Below are positions 1 through 17,622 of a DNA stretch of 64,000 bases, in pieces. The position numbers and the translations under genes were made by a program. Each line of letters opens with the position of its first letter. The stretch's first letter is position 1. The notes beneath the pieces are model-generated. The model was not told the origin of the DNA. It ran no database searches and saw only the letters and a list, made by a program, of their open reading frames with translations. The stretch comes from the human T2T-CHM13v2.0 reference genome, Homo sapiens, in assembly GCF_009914755.1 (NCBI RefSeq), contig NC_060939.1. The stretch is one strand, 5' to 3'.

Positions 1-556
1 TTTGACCCACAAAAGCTTATTTCATAGTATTGAACTATTAGTAATTCAGAGGCTGTCCATGCCAGGAGATGATGTAGTCTGTCTGCAGCAATACCTCCCT
101 TCATGAGACAGGTGGTTAATCCATCATCCCTCGTGCCAAATTCCTCTTTCCACCGAGTTATGAGAAGTGATCATTGGTCTCATCAGCTCTTCCTGTTTGC
201 TGTAATTCCTAATTTTTTGGTATCTATTTAGATGACTCCTGGTCCATTCTGTGTCCATCCTTTCCTGTTTATTATAGAAGAGGAGACATTAATATGCTTT
301 AAACATTTTCTCCATAGGCAGAAAAGAACAAGACTGTATATAGAGAAATGCACAGCCAAATCTCTACAGCTGGATACACACAATAGAGGAAACAGTCATA
401 AAACATATGTTGGGGTTTTAATCAATGTGTGCTTGATAACAAGGTCCTAAACTCAGGCATCGTGTTCAGTGCTAATACCTATGTCTCCGAAGCAATTTTA
501 ATTCAAACCTTGCACTGGTGAATGAAGTGTAAACAGAAGGGAAATTGGTATGTATA

Positions 557-1171
557 CAGTTGACCATCATTATTTGCAGGTTCTGCATTTGAAAATTTTT
601 CTACTTACTAAAATTTATTTGTCACCCCCAAATCTATGTTTGTGACACTTTCCCAGTAATTTGCAGACATGCCCAGAACAGCAAAAACTTTGAGTCTACC
701 CAAGGCACACATCACCAGCCGGAGTGAAGCAGGGGGTATTCTGCCTTTGCTTTCAGCTCTCATACTGAGAACGAGTGTCCTTTTCACGGCCTTTTGCATT
801 TGTGTGGGTGATTGCACTGTTTAAAATAATCCCCAATAGTAGTGTTGCTTAGCATTCTTAGGCACAAGGAGGCTGAGATGTGCCTTATGGAGAAAATCTA
901 TGTTTTATTCAAGCTTCGTTCAAGCAAGAGTTACAGGACCATTGGCTTCAAGATCAATGTTAATGAAGCAACAATGCATATTAAATACGACTTCTTGGAA
1001 CAGATTCTGACTTAAAACAAGGTTAGGCATTGATCAATTGACAAAACCAGAGGCTCAGAGCAACCTAACCCTGTATTTCCCCTAAAAGCCACAGTTCCAT
1101 ATTCACTAATGTGAATCAGTGTTTGTGTCCCTTGATAGAACCTAACTACTGTGAATAAAGAGAATCAACTG
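557..1171 (+). mobile_element. TcMar-Tigger non-autonomous DNA transposon (MER82-like)
   Basis: Imperfect terminal inverted repeats CAGTTGAccatcattatt ... aataaagagaaTCAACTG, flanked by TA at 555-556 and 1172-1173; body resembles recalled MER82 consensus. Confidence 0.8.
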
Positions 1172-1222
1172 TATTATGTATTTTTCTTTGCCTAGTTTTC
1201 AGTCATTGATTAATGAAAAATT

Positions 1223-1445
<223 letters not shown>

Positions 1446-2202
1446 TTATGGGCACTACCTAAGGAAGTAAAAAATATACAGATGAATAAAATGGAGACTT
1501 GCCTTTGAGACACAGCCAACAAAAAATAGTAAGAATATAGTGTGATAGGTGTTGACAGAAGTATAGTTTCACACAGCAGTAAAGAAACACAAGTAATGAG
1601 CTTGTGATTGCCATTCAAAGGGCAGCCAGATTCTTTCATCAAGATCAACATTATTGAGATTCAGTTCAATTACTTCCAGTTTGACTTGGGCAGAGGGGGT
1701 GCAGAAATCTTGATTTGAAGCCTATTTATAGAGAAGTAGTTACTGCCACAGATGACCTGGGCAAGGTTCCTGGGAAGGGCTACCAGGAGGACCGAAAATT
1801 ACTGAATTCACTTCCCACTCATAAAAGTACTCTTTACTCTGGGAAGACCAAGAAAAAGCCTAATTGCTCTCTGGCATAGTGGCTACTTAGATTTAGAAAA
1901 AAAAAAATAGCCTAAATAACTTAGGATGATGGCTGCTCCTTTATCATTCCAAATACATAAGAAGAGAAGTGGAAATAAAGGATGACTCTGGTTCTAAATA
2001 TTATAAAAATAAACCATAGATAAATACTTTGTGTTGCAAGGTAGAAAAATATAGATAGTCAAACAACTGAAAGAATTTTCTCACTCTCCAAACTTTATTC
2101 TCATTGAAACCAATCTTCTTTTGTTATTTTTTCCACATGGTTTTCTGTTCCTCTGTCTCTCGTTTCCCTTCATAACTCTTGATATACAAGGGTCAAGAAG
2201 AA

Positions 2203-2849
2203 TGAAGGGCCTGAGATTTCACCATGCTTGCAAGCTAATATGTTAGCCTTTCAGTGTTTCACAGAACCTGGCAGAAGACACAAGACTCCTGTGTCAGAGA
2301 TGAAGGATCGGATATTACTCACAGCAATAGCAGTAGCCAGACTATTAGCATTTTTGTGAGAGTTTCCTGAGCCCCAATTCCACAGAATAACAGAGAGAGA
2401 GACAGATGACAGATGATACCTGCACATTTGGTTAGTGCCTTTACAAAAGAGGAACCCTGATTTTAAAATTGCAAATGATTTCCCACAGGCAGTAAGCTTG
2501 CCGGCTGTTTGCTCCTTAGGGAGAGATGCTAGCTCTACTGTTCAAGGCTGCCCACTCTATTTGTAGACACTTACATCCTTCTGCTGGGTGTAGGGGTACG
2601 CACCCCTAGTCCCAGCTACTCAGGAGGCCAAGGCAGGAGGATGCCTTGAGCCTCGGAGTTTGAAGCTGCAGTGAACTACAATCACACCACTGTACTCCAG
2701 CCTAGGGGACAGGGTGAGACTGCATCTCTAAATAAATACATAAATAAAATAAACATTCTTGGAAAGATAAGGCTAAACATAGGGGAGGCAGTGCCTTGCT
2801 CACAAGACCTGAAGAAACATGAGACCTAGGGTGAACTGTCACCAAACAC
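2203..2849 (-). mobile_element. ERVL LTR (LTR40-like), interrupted by an Alu monomer
   Basis: tgaagggcctgagatttcacc..gcaagctaa..ttactcacagcaatagcagtagccag resembles recalled LTR40; TG..CA ends. Confidence 0.6.
2583..2752 (+). mobile_element. Old Alu monomer (FRAM/FLAM or AluJ arm)
   Basis: tagtcccagctactcaggaggccaaggcaggaggatgccttgagcc..cactgtactccagcc, (TAAA)n tail, degenerate TSD acatcctt/acattctt. Confidence 0.85.
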
Positions 2850-3400
2850 AATCCACACATCATTTCTATACATCATGACTTTTGGCAAATTTTCCCATGA
2901 GCATGTCACTCGGCCAGCCTCTGTGATTAGTCTGGCCAACAGAGGCTGGGATCGAATTGGCCCAATTCCCAGGGATGCCTAAGAAGGCGAGGAGGTGTTC
3001 TCCTTATGTTTCTGTATTGACCTTTCCACTGTGGAAGCATTAATTCAGGTAGAGCAGGATGTGCTAGCAATTTGAGACTCCACGCTGGCCTACAAGGAGG
3101 AAGGGGCAGTTCTATCATCCATAACACCCCTGGCCATAGAGTTGATACTGAGCTGAAAGCCTTTCAGGGGTCAGGAGGCATCACAGCTAAAGTCATGGAG
3201 AATTGCTTCCCAATATTATATAGAATCGCAATGTTTTGGCAGAGGTTTTCAATGCTAGGATGACCAGGCTTGAAGATGACAACCTTCCCTAACGTAAATG
3301 TGTAGGGCCTCTCCCAGGAACCTCCACGATGCCTACCACCTAGAGTAATGCTGCTGGCTGTGATGAGCGGCACACTGATTTGCTGTTCTGTTTCAATGGG
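2850..3400 (-). mobile_element. Probable ERVL internal remnant adjoining the LTR
   Basis: Minus strand reads gtgtggat directly before the LTR TG, like the ERVL/MaLR polypurine-tract junction; right boundary uncertain. Confidence 0.4.
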
Positions 3401-4547
3401 GAATTATACTGTTGTCTCATACAAGGCATTTTAACCAACAGTTAAGAGTCAAAAAATAACTGCACAAGTCAACTCCCTATGAAACAGGCAAAGAAGATAT
3501 CTCAAAGATGATAATCAAATTAAAAAACCCTTTCTCCAGGGTCTGTTTTTACCTGGACAGAGAAGGACTCCCCCCAGGGCATCACAATTTATTCCTTCCT
3601 TTATAGCAAAGTTTCTCAACTTCAGAAGTGCTAAGACATAAAAATAAAAACACACATCCTAGAATTGGAGGAAATGTGGAATTTGAGACTTGTTAAAGCC
3701 CAGGATTGAAGAAAACAATAAGGCCTTAAAACTTCAAGGGTTAAAGGGAATTAGAATAATCTCAACCACATATATTTTCACACCATTTTTTTCTCTCTTC
3801 ACAACTCTCAATATAAATACCTTTTTAGCCAAAATAACACATGATGGCATTTCAAATAACTGCATTTTTTTAAAAAAAAGAGGTTTTGAAAAGATTCTAA
3901 AATCATTTAAAATCTGGGGCAGTTGAAGATTTTTCTGGATCTATGTGTGAGTCTTCAGTATTATTCATGGCATCCTCAACTTCCTCTTCCATGATTTTGC
4001 CAGAGAACTAAATCTGTTAATAATGAGAGGATTCTGTTCTCCACCAACATAAAAGTACTAAGTGAAGAATAACGGCATCTCTCATACATCCATAATCCAT
4101 GAGTAAATGCAAAATGGTATTCTTTTTAAAGTGAAACAGATAAAATTCATAACTAGAGATGTACTTATACTACTATTCAAATATTTTACTTGCATAATGC
4201 AACATCCTGTGTACCAATTACATATAAAAGATAAAAGGAGGTCTTCCCATTATCAAAAATTACACAGGTATATATTTTTAATTATGTGAAAACATATATA
4301 TTATAAAACCAGAACACCGAACACTTTTTCTCCCTACAAAACAATAGAATTTTATTTTTACAGCAGTGCAATTTAATTGCAGTTTTTAAGCCAATATTCT
4401 CTTTCATTAGAGGTAACTATAATTAATCTTTCCATATTGAATGCTACCGAATTCAAAGTAGTTCCAAGAAGCAAATACTGTTTGGGGGGAAAAAGCATAT
4501 TTAGAGAAGAAAAATTATACAACTTTATATATAAATACCAAAAATTA

Positions 4548-4838
<291 letters not shown>

Positions 4839-4930
4839 TTAATCCTTTGATTTCTAATTTCTTTTTCTCTTTGAAATATTCATTAAATATTCTATGAATT
4901 ATCTTTTAATAGAAATTATAAAATCTATGT

Positions 4931-5455
4931 TGTGTAAGCTGAATAACACCTCCCTAAAAATATATTCATGTCCTAATTCCTAGAACCTGTGAGTGCCACC
5001 TTATGTGGCAATAAATAAATAAAAGCCATCTTTGCAGATGTGATAAATTAAAGATTTTGTGATGGGGAGAGCATCCTGGATGATCTGGGTTGGTCCTAAA
5101 TGCAATCACAAATGTTCTTATAAAAGAGGGGCAGAGGGAGATTTCACACACACAACTCCTCCAACACACACTCACAAGTGAAGATGGAGAAGAGAGAGAT
5201 TTGAATGTCCTGACCTTGAAGATTGGAGTGACACAAACAAAAGCCACATAATGCCGGCAGCGACCAGAAACCAGAAGAGGAAAGGCTCATTCTCCCCTGG
5301 AGCCTCTGGAGGGAGAATGGCCCAGCGGACACTGGTTTCCATCCATTGGTATTGATTTTGCATTTTTGGCCTCCAGAGCTGTAAGCGAATACATTTCTGT
5401 TGTCTTCTACCACTCGGTTTGTGGAAATTTGTTAGAACAGCCACAAGAAATAACA
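4931..5455 (+). mobile_element. MaLR LTR (MLT1C/D-like)
   Basis: catgtcctaattcctagaacctgtgagtg..cctaaatgcaatcacaaatgttcttataaaagagg..ggcctccagagctgtaagcgaatacatttctgttg. Confidence 0.85.
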
Positions 5456-5899
5456 CTTACACATCTTGAGCACTTTAAAGAAAGGACAAAACTTCACAAG
5501 CCATCTCTGCTTGGAAGTTAAGGATACACTTCATGGACCCCTTGCTCTCCACACTAGTCCTACTCTTCAGTGAAGGGTAGAAGGGGGTCTCCTTTATAAA
5601 CCAGAGGTTTTGTGTTTGGAGGATGGTGCTGGGTAATGGGCTTCAGGGCTGGTGACAGGGCAGTGGGGAGAGAGCTGCCTGGGAGTTGGAGAAACATCAC
5701 AGCTTCTCTGACTCAGATGCTGATTTGGTCATCATAGCTCCTCACTGAGTGGCTGTCACAGGGCTGGTTCCTGTCCAGGAACCTGGGCATGGAGATCCAC
5801 AGAGAGCAGGTGAAGTCCCTGCTGCTGTGGGATTTGTGTCCTGGTGACAGGAGCCAACTGTCAACGAATAGCAAGTAATCCCAGGTGTGTCAGATCATG

Positions 5900-6310
5900 A
5901 CTGGTGCTCTGAAGGATGAGAGGGAATGAGAATCGAGGGCTCTGGTAGGCGTGGGCGCTGGTGTAGACTGGATATTTGCACTAGAGGTCGGATTGGGGTA
6001 TTGGAAGAGGAGACGTCCAGGCACTGAAGAGGGACTTATCCCATGCAGATCTGGGAGGGAGAGCTGTCGGGGAAGAAAGGACACTAAGTGCAAAGGGCCC
6101 GGAGCTGCCCTGTGCTTGGTGTGAGAGGAGAGGCAGACAGAGCCAGGCCCCGGAGCTGCCCTGTGCTTGGTGTGAGAGGAGAGGCAGACAGAGCCAGGCC
6201 CTGCAGACCCTCACCGTCCCTGGCAGAAGTGTGCCGTTGTCTCTGAGGAAAGTATCTGAGCAGAGAAGTGATGTGTCTAAATGCTGTTTTGAAAGGACAA
6301 GTTGGAGCAG
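5900..6310 (-). mobile_element. L2 remnant
   Basis: gaaggatgagagggaatgag..gcagatctgggagggagag..aagtgcaaagggcc resembles antisense L2 3' region; highly diverged. Confidence 0.5.
6098..6201. repeat. Perfect tandem duplication, 51-bp unit x2
   Basis: cccggagctgccctgtgcttggtgtgagaggagaggcagacagagccaggc at 6098 and 6149. Confidence 0.97.
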
Positions 6311-6338
6311 CAGCCGCTGCTGGTGATTCCTTGGCCCA

Positions 6339-6742
6339 TGTGTTAGGCCATGTGTACAGGCATTGTTATAAAGGAATGCCGGAGACTGGATAATGTATAA
6401 AGAAAAGAGGCTTAACTGGCTCACAGTTCTGCAGCTGTCCCAGCATGGCACCAGCATCTGCTTCTGGGGAGGCCTCAAGAACCTCACAACCATGGCAGAA
6501 AGTGAAGGGGGGAGCAGGCCCATCACATAGTAAGAGCCGGAGCAAGAGAGTGAGAGGAGGGGGCCAGGCTCTTTTAAACAACTGGATCTCATGTGGACTC
6601 AGAGGGAGAATGCACTTGTCACCCAGGGGATTCATGAGGGATATACTCCTGTTATCCAGTACCTCCCCCAGCCCCCACCTCCAACACTGGGGAAGCACAT
6701 GTCAACATCAGATTGAAGGGGACACAAATCCAAACCATATCA
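6339..6742 (-). mobile_element. MaLR LTR (MSTA/MSTB-like)
   Basis: Ends ccaaaccatatca (reverse of TGATATGGTTTGG); aaagaaaagaggcttaactggctcacagttctgcag, ggggaggcctca. Confidence 0.9.
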
Positions 6743-6767
6743 GGCTTAGAAGCAGACTCTTCCCTAG

Positions 6768-7258
<491 letters not shown>

Positions 7259-8117
7259 GAGTGATCAGTACCAAATCCTAGTCTGTTTTCTTCCCCTTTT
7301 GTATTTTAGCCCCTAGAAAAGGAAAGAACAGGGCAGATGGCGCGTGGGAGGGTTTTAGGTCGGCCTGGAAAGGAGGCCCACCACTTCCTTCACATGCGCC
7401 CGCTGGCACTCAGCCACATGGTCACACCTGCCCCATGGAGACCAAGATGTGTGTGCGGCCAGGTGTGCACCCGGCAAAAGACACGGTGGGTTGTAGGAGG
7501 GCCACGGGTTGCCACACTGCCACCGAAAGGAGCCTTCTCGGTTATCACCCATCATGCCTTTTAAATGCTCATCTTGGCTTTTAGTCTTCATTTTTACTCA
7601 TTTCTTTGTCAATCTTCCATCCAGTAGAATGTGCATTTGGTGAGAGTCTTTCTCAATGTTGCAGCCCCAGCCCTTGGGATGGTGCCACAAGCTCAATGTC
7701 CTCAGGAGATGTTTGTTGACTGGGGGTGAGTGATCAACTCAGCGAACAGGTTCCACAGGTCATGGAACCTCCCCCTGCCACCCTGCCTCCCCCTTCCTCT
7801 GCTGCCCATGTGGACTTGACATAGAGACCTGACTTGGTTGCTCTGGACCCCAGTGCTAAGGATGGTCTCACGTGCCTAGTCCAGCTTGACTGCCCCACAA
7901 GTCTGTCTTTGTTTCAGAGTGGGCTATGGCTTTCCTGCCTTACAAGGCCTCCCATCTTCCCAGCTGGCTCCTGGTTCAGCTCTGGTGACACGCTGGAATC
8001 TGCAGGGAATGGAGAGGGGCAGCTGCCCTTTCATCAAAGGATGGGTCCAGGGATGCAGTCCTTTTATCCTCAGAGGAGCACTAGCAAGGAAAGGGCTTCA
8101 AATACAGAAAAGACTAG

Positions 8118-8469
<352 letters not shown>

Positions 8470-9252
8470 AAGACTCAGAATTTTATGACTTACTGATAAG
8501 GGCCATACCCATACAATTTTGTTTCTTCTTAATATTCAAACCTTAAGGGACAAATACAGACCTAGCAATGTGAAGTGGACTCTGGTGAAAATTTACAGGT
8601 ATCCTGAGCTATTTAAAAAGCAATAACCTTAAGTCAAGACATCCTCTTGGATTGTACCATTTAGAGAAGCAACAAACTGCTACACAAGAATCCACAAAGC
8701 ATGTGCTTTCAGAGTTCCAGCAGTCAAATGTGTTTCTTCTCGGACATTATGAAGTTGGAGGCTAAATATTGGTAGAGAGGGGTTCATTTCAAAGGGTGCA
8801 GTGTGTCCTCCCAAAAATGATGTTTGGGTCTCTTTTTGGGAGCTGACAAAAACATAGTAACTGGTGTAACGATTTCTAAGCAAGGGAAAATAATACAAAC
8901 CAGTTTCGTCTCCCCTCCTCCATTTCCATATGCATAAAAAATAAACAAACAAAATGAATACACACAATCATGTTTACATGGGTCTGATGTGCTTGGGGCA
9001 GCCACGTGCCAAAGCACATTCAACTAATGGAACATCTAAGGTGCTCCCATCCTCCACGCCTCCGAAATGCAGTCTCCAGCGGAGTTTTCTCCTCTGCCAT
9101 GCTCAGCACTGACAGGACCCATGCTGGGTGCCAGTGTTATTAGGCAGGCTTAGCTCAGCATGTGATGATTTGGGTTTATCCTTCAGAAATAAATCTATAT
9201 ACCAAATAATTCCAAAGCAAAACGAAGTAAGGTGATTAACAATCAAGCTCTC

Positions 9253-12255
<3,003 letters not shown>

Positions 12256-12792
12256 CCATTCATACAGTGTGGAGCATCATAATCTGTCAAGGCAGGTACA
12301 CAATCCATAGGAATCTGGCTTAAAATATGAAATGTCAGAAGCAGGCATTTACTTTGTAGAGCTTCATGGTCTGTGACATGCATTTAGTATTGATCCCATA
12401 AAATTGTAAGTTTTAGTTGAATGTTTTATTATATGCTTGTTAAAAAAACAAATTACAATGAATGCAGTTATAGATCTAACTGGCTTTTATTTTTGATTCA
12501 TGAACTGGGGCAGCCTCCATACCACAGAATAGAATGAGCGCTGCCACTGAGCAATGGCAGAAAAGTGGGTTTATAAGATGGAAACAGGGAAACAGAACAA
12601 TAGAAAAAAAAATGTTAGTTACTATAGTAGCAAAGTGAAAAAGTTGGCAGATTCCATTTTTTCTCATCAATTAGTCCCTTATGCTTTTCATTTGCCTTTG
12701 TAAGAAAATTTAAAAAAAATCTTTTCTGAAGATTATCTTTAGTAAGGTTTTGCTATTTTGATACAAAGTTGCAATTTCTGGGGCCTAATACC

Positions 12793-13021
12793 CAGATGAA
12801 CATTTCTCAAATCCCCAAATCCAAAATCCAAAACGCTCCAGAATCTGAAACTCTGAGTGTTGATGTAACACCCCAAGGAAATGCTCACTGGAGCATTCCA
12901 ATTTAGGATTTTCAGATTTGGTGTGCTCAATCAGTACAATGCAAATATTCCAAAATCCAAAAACATCCAAAATTCAAAACACTTCTGGTTTCAAGAATTT
13001 GGATAAGGGATACTCAGCCTG
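12793..13021 (+). mobile_element. Tigger4a (Zombi) DNA transposon
   Basis: aaatccaaaatccaaaacgctcc..ggaaatgctcactggagcatt..gataagggatactcagcctg. Confidence 0.9.
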
Positions 13022-13479
13022 TGCATGTAAAAGGCAGGTGTGCCTGGAAGGCAGAGTGAACAGTTCTTTAGAAATTAAGGATCCCATTTTTACATGAAAT
13101 TTTGGATCTCTTAGAGCAATATAAAAGCCTAAGAGGGGAACATCACAGGTTGGGTCCTGTAGTGCTTTCAGAGTATATACCTCATTACATGGATATTTTC
13201 TTGAGGCTGGGGCTACCTGATTCCATATGCAGCTTATTCTAACACGGAAGTCTTTTTTGGTGGTGAGCACTCTAATACCTCTTATGTGCCCAACCTATGC
13301 CTACCCAGCCAGCTACCAGGCTTTGGCTCTGACATCCCTTGACCAACTTAGCCAATCATTTCCCCCATTTAAGCACACAAGAAAAAGAAATAAAACAAAT
13401 AGAACCCAAATTCCTGCATGTTCCAAAAGCTTGAGTTTACACTCCCTACAGTAGTAATCACTTACTGCAAATGCTGTCA

Positions 13480-13824
<345 letters not shown>

Positions 13825-16597
13825 AAAACTGTAGCTTTTGCCAGTGAACCTTCAGCTCCTGCAACCCTAGCAGGTCATGTGCTCTCTCACAGCACAAACT
13901 AACCCTGGATTTGAACATCAAAAAGATTTTAGAGGTGCAATCCTCAATGCAAGAAAAGCAGAGTCTGACCCGAGAGGAACTTACACCCCTCAGAACTCCA
14001 TGAGAAAAGCAGAGAACCTCAAAAGGGGTCCAAGGTGCCTCTTTTGAATTCTTCAGTGGGTCTTGGAAGTTACTAACGGTGTCTCTTAGGTCTCATTGTC
14101 AGTTGCCAGAACTGCCAAAAGACAAAATTACAACAAATTTAGTTATAGATCTAATTGGCTTTTATTTGTGATTCATGAATTGGAGTAGTCTATGTTCTAC
14201 AAAATAGAAGGAGAGCTCCCACTGGGCAATGGCAGAATAGTGGGTTTGTAAGGTGGGAACAAAGAAACAGAACAATAGAACAAAAGCTAGTTGGTTAATG
14301 TTGGGTTACTCCAGGTTACTTTTCTGTAAGGGTTAAAGCAGAGGGGACTGACTCAGTTAGACTGGACTCTCCTCTCTTCAGGAAAAACTGGTCTGGTTTT
14401 GGATCTATCTGCCTCCTTAACATTTCAATTTAATGATGTGCCATTTAGCATGAGTGACTCCATTTTAGTTTAGTCTTTTCTACTGGGGCCCAGTGCAGGA
14501 GCTCAGTGCAAAACAATGGCCTTTCATAATTTTGTTTAACAATTTCTTCCTTTGGCCCTTCTTCTCACCTAGGTGAGAGCATGACAAAAATGCAGGGCAT
14601 CAGCACTACTTTCAGTTATCATTATTTTGGGCTTCTGGTATTAACATGCCATTCATAGGTTACAGTGTCATCATGATCACACACTTATGACTAATACATC
14701 ACTCATATGATGCAGTATTTTAGTAACTTGTCAATACAGGTACTAAATCCATAGGAATCTATTAATAGCTTAAAATATGAAATGTCAACAGCAGATATTT
14801 ACTTCTGTAGGGCTTAGTGCTCTGTGACATTTATTTGGTAAGGATTCCATAAAATTTTAATTTTTAGTGGAACTTTCCATTATATACTCCATCCTGTCAA
14901 TTACTGAAGAAGTGTCTTAAGAGGATTTTCTATAGTGTGCTTAGCAAAAACTCCACTCCACAAAGATGCAAGCATCATCCTCGTAAGAAAAAAAGGAGTC
15001 AGGGGAATTAAATTTCCAAGTAAATCATAAGTACTTTCCTACAGAGGATCTTTCAATCAAATAGAGACAGAAATGAAACAAATATGTGTAAATGACAGAG
15101 CAGAGGTGGAAAATTCCTCCACAGTAGCTCATTTTGTGCACATGGAGGTTAGTGGACACACGGGTTATGCTACAGGCATTGCTTCCCATGTGACTTCTTC
15201 ACAAGACTTCGAGCTCTTCCAGGGGTGGGAGAGTGCTTTCTCTTCTGTGTGTCCTAGCATATTCTGTGTTCACCACAGACTCTCAATACTGCAATGTGAA
15301 CTCACGTGTATTAGCTCACGTGCTCCACACCACAACTCTGTGATGTATGACAGGAATTGTTATCGTCACATTACAAATACACAAACCTAAGCTCTGGAGG
15401 TTGGACCACTTGCTTCGATTTCTACCACAATAAAGAGATACAGCCAAGATTCCCACTCAGGTATGTCTCACTTTCAAGCTTACATCATTTCTTTTATTCA
15501 TTTATGATTAATTCAACATTATTGAATGAATGATTTACATAGATACAAAATATATGCTAATATATAGGGAAGCATGAGAAAGGCAGCAGACAATTCCTAT
15601 GCAGTCAAGATTTAAGAAGGAGGCTCTTTGAGTAACATAAACTCAAAAGATATTCCCATTAATATCCATCACTCACAATTTGACTTTGTCATTATGAGGT
15701 CTCTTGTTGCAGGGAAAGTACAAGATCACCACTTGAGGATGGCTCTTTATGACATCATCAGGTTCCAATTTTGCCTCCCTGTCCTTGCAGGGCATCCTTC
15801 CCTCAAGAGACAGACCTTTATAGGCAAGCAGAATGCCCTCCACCAAGGCATTTGGACATGCAAATGTTGAAGTTACGGCATGTAGGTCACTTACAAAAAG
15901 AGGACAACTATTTCTGGTAACATTTAAAATTTATTGTGGTGAGTCAAGGCTAATGCAAGGTGAACCATTCCCTTTACCACATCTGCACATCGACATTAGC
16001 TCATCCATGTATTAAAAAATGGGCCTCCAGACAGTTCACTGGCAATTTGGCAAATTGTTCACGTATAATGCAACAGAAGTCTAGTTTCAACTCATACTGA
16101 TTCCACCTCAACTTTCTATGAATGGTTTTGATTTTAGTGTAATATGTGAATGACATTTATTAAAAAATATTGGAATAAAAAATATTAATTAGCTAAATTT
16201 ATTAATAGTAACAGGTTACAGGAAGAGTGCTTACTCTTCACAGAACGGATTATGTCTTTTTTTTCTGAGAAATACATTCATCTAAGGTGTTCACTTTATT
16301 TTCCTCTTTTTATACTATGTGTTTTATCAATCTTTCTATCTATGAGATGGATGAGCTCTAAGATTCTTGGGACAAAGGATTTTTCCTAAGCTTTTATGTC
16401 CCTTTAGAAGTGAGCCCATAGGGAAGGAGGCAAGGTGAATAGTTGTATCCCTGCCATTTCCTCACACTTTATTCTCTATGAATTCAACCTAGCCACACCT
16501 ACCGTCCCATCTCCCTCTACAGAGCCCTCTCCCCGGAGAGCACTGTGAATCTTTTTGTTTCCAAGAATCATCAACTTTCATTAAAAAAGTGAGGAGG

Positions 16598-16880
16598 GGC
16601 CAGGCATGGTGGTTCACACCTGTAATCCCAGCACTTTGGGAGGCTGAGGTGGGTGGATCACCTGAGGTCCGGAGTTCAAGACCAGCCTGGCCAACATGGT
16701 GAAACCCCGTCTTATTAAAAATACAAAAATTAGCCAGGCATGGTGGTAGGCACCTGTAATCCCAGTTACTTGGCAGGAGAATTGCTTGAACCCTGGAGGC
16801 AGAGATTGCAGTGAGCCGAGATTGCGCCACTGTACTCCAGCCTGGGCGACAGAGCAAGACTTTGTCTCAAAAAAAAAAAA
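16598..16880 (+). mobile_element. AluSx-like, small internal deletion in right arm
   Basis: TSD aaaaaagtgaggag (16583-16596, 16875-16888). Confidence 0.95.
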
Positions 16881-17250
16881 GTGAGGAGAAGCTCCATGTG
16901 GCCTCTAAGTGTGTACAGGGTGAAGGCACATTGCTCTTCATTAGGACCTTCCAGAAAGCAATAATGATGAGTTTCTTCTTTGTTTATTGAAAATCTTAAA
17001 GATGATGGTGATCATGATGATGACATAATGATACAAAGAGAAAGGAGGAGAAATCTACATTCATCTTAAGTCATTTTTGTCTAGGAAGAAATTTCCAGAG
17101 AGATTTGTCTTCATCTCTTTATTCGAGATGAAAACAATGATTACAATAATTTCCATCATTATGTTCTTAGGTTTCTTTAAAATATTCAGAAAGAAATGCT
17201 CATAATTGTTCAACTAGAGGTAAGAGAGGGTTGGAGTGAACTACAGAGAG

Positions 17251-17622
17251 TGTTTTCGTTCATTTCATGCTGCTGTTACACAGTACCACATACTAGGTAA
17301 TTTATAATCAACACATTTATTTGACCTATGATTCTGGAGGCCGAGAGACGTAAGAGCATGGCACTGGCATCTGGCTAGAAGCTTTGTGCTGCATCATTCC
17401 ATGGTGAAAGACAGAAAGCCAAGAGAGGGCAAGCACAATCAAGCAAGAGACGGCCAAACTCACTTTTACAACAAACCCACTCTCACGATAAAGACATTAA
17501 TCCATTCATAAAGGCAGAATCCTCACAACCTCACCTGTTAAAGATCCCACTTCTCAACACTGTTGCGTTGGAGATTAAGTTTCCACCCATGAATTTTGGG
17601 GGCCACATTTGAACCATAATAG
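17251..17622 (-). mobile_element. MaLR LTR (MSTC/D-like)
   Basis: tactaggtaatttata..ttctggaggc..gagcatggcactggcatctgg..gattaagtttcc..catgaattttggggg. Confidence 0.8.

Noticed and set aside
5981-6592. Longest ORF (203 aa) with an internal 17-aa repeat
   Set aside because: Spans an MST LTR and L2 remnant; the repeat is only the 51-bp DNA duplication.
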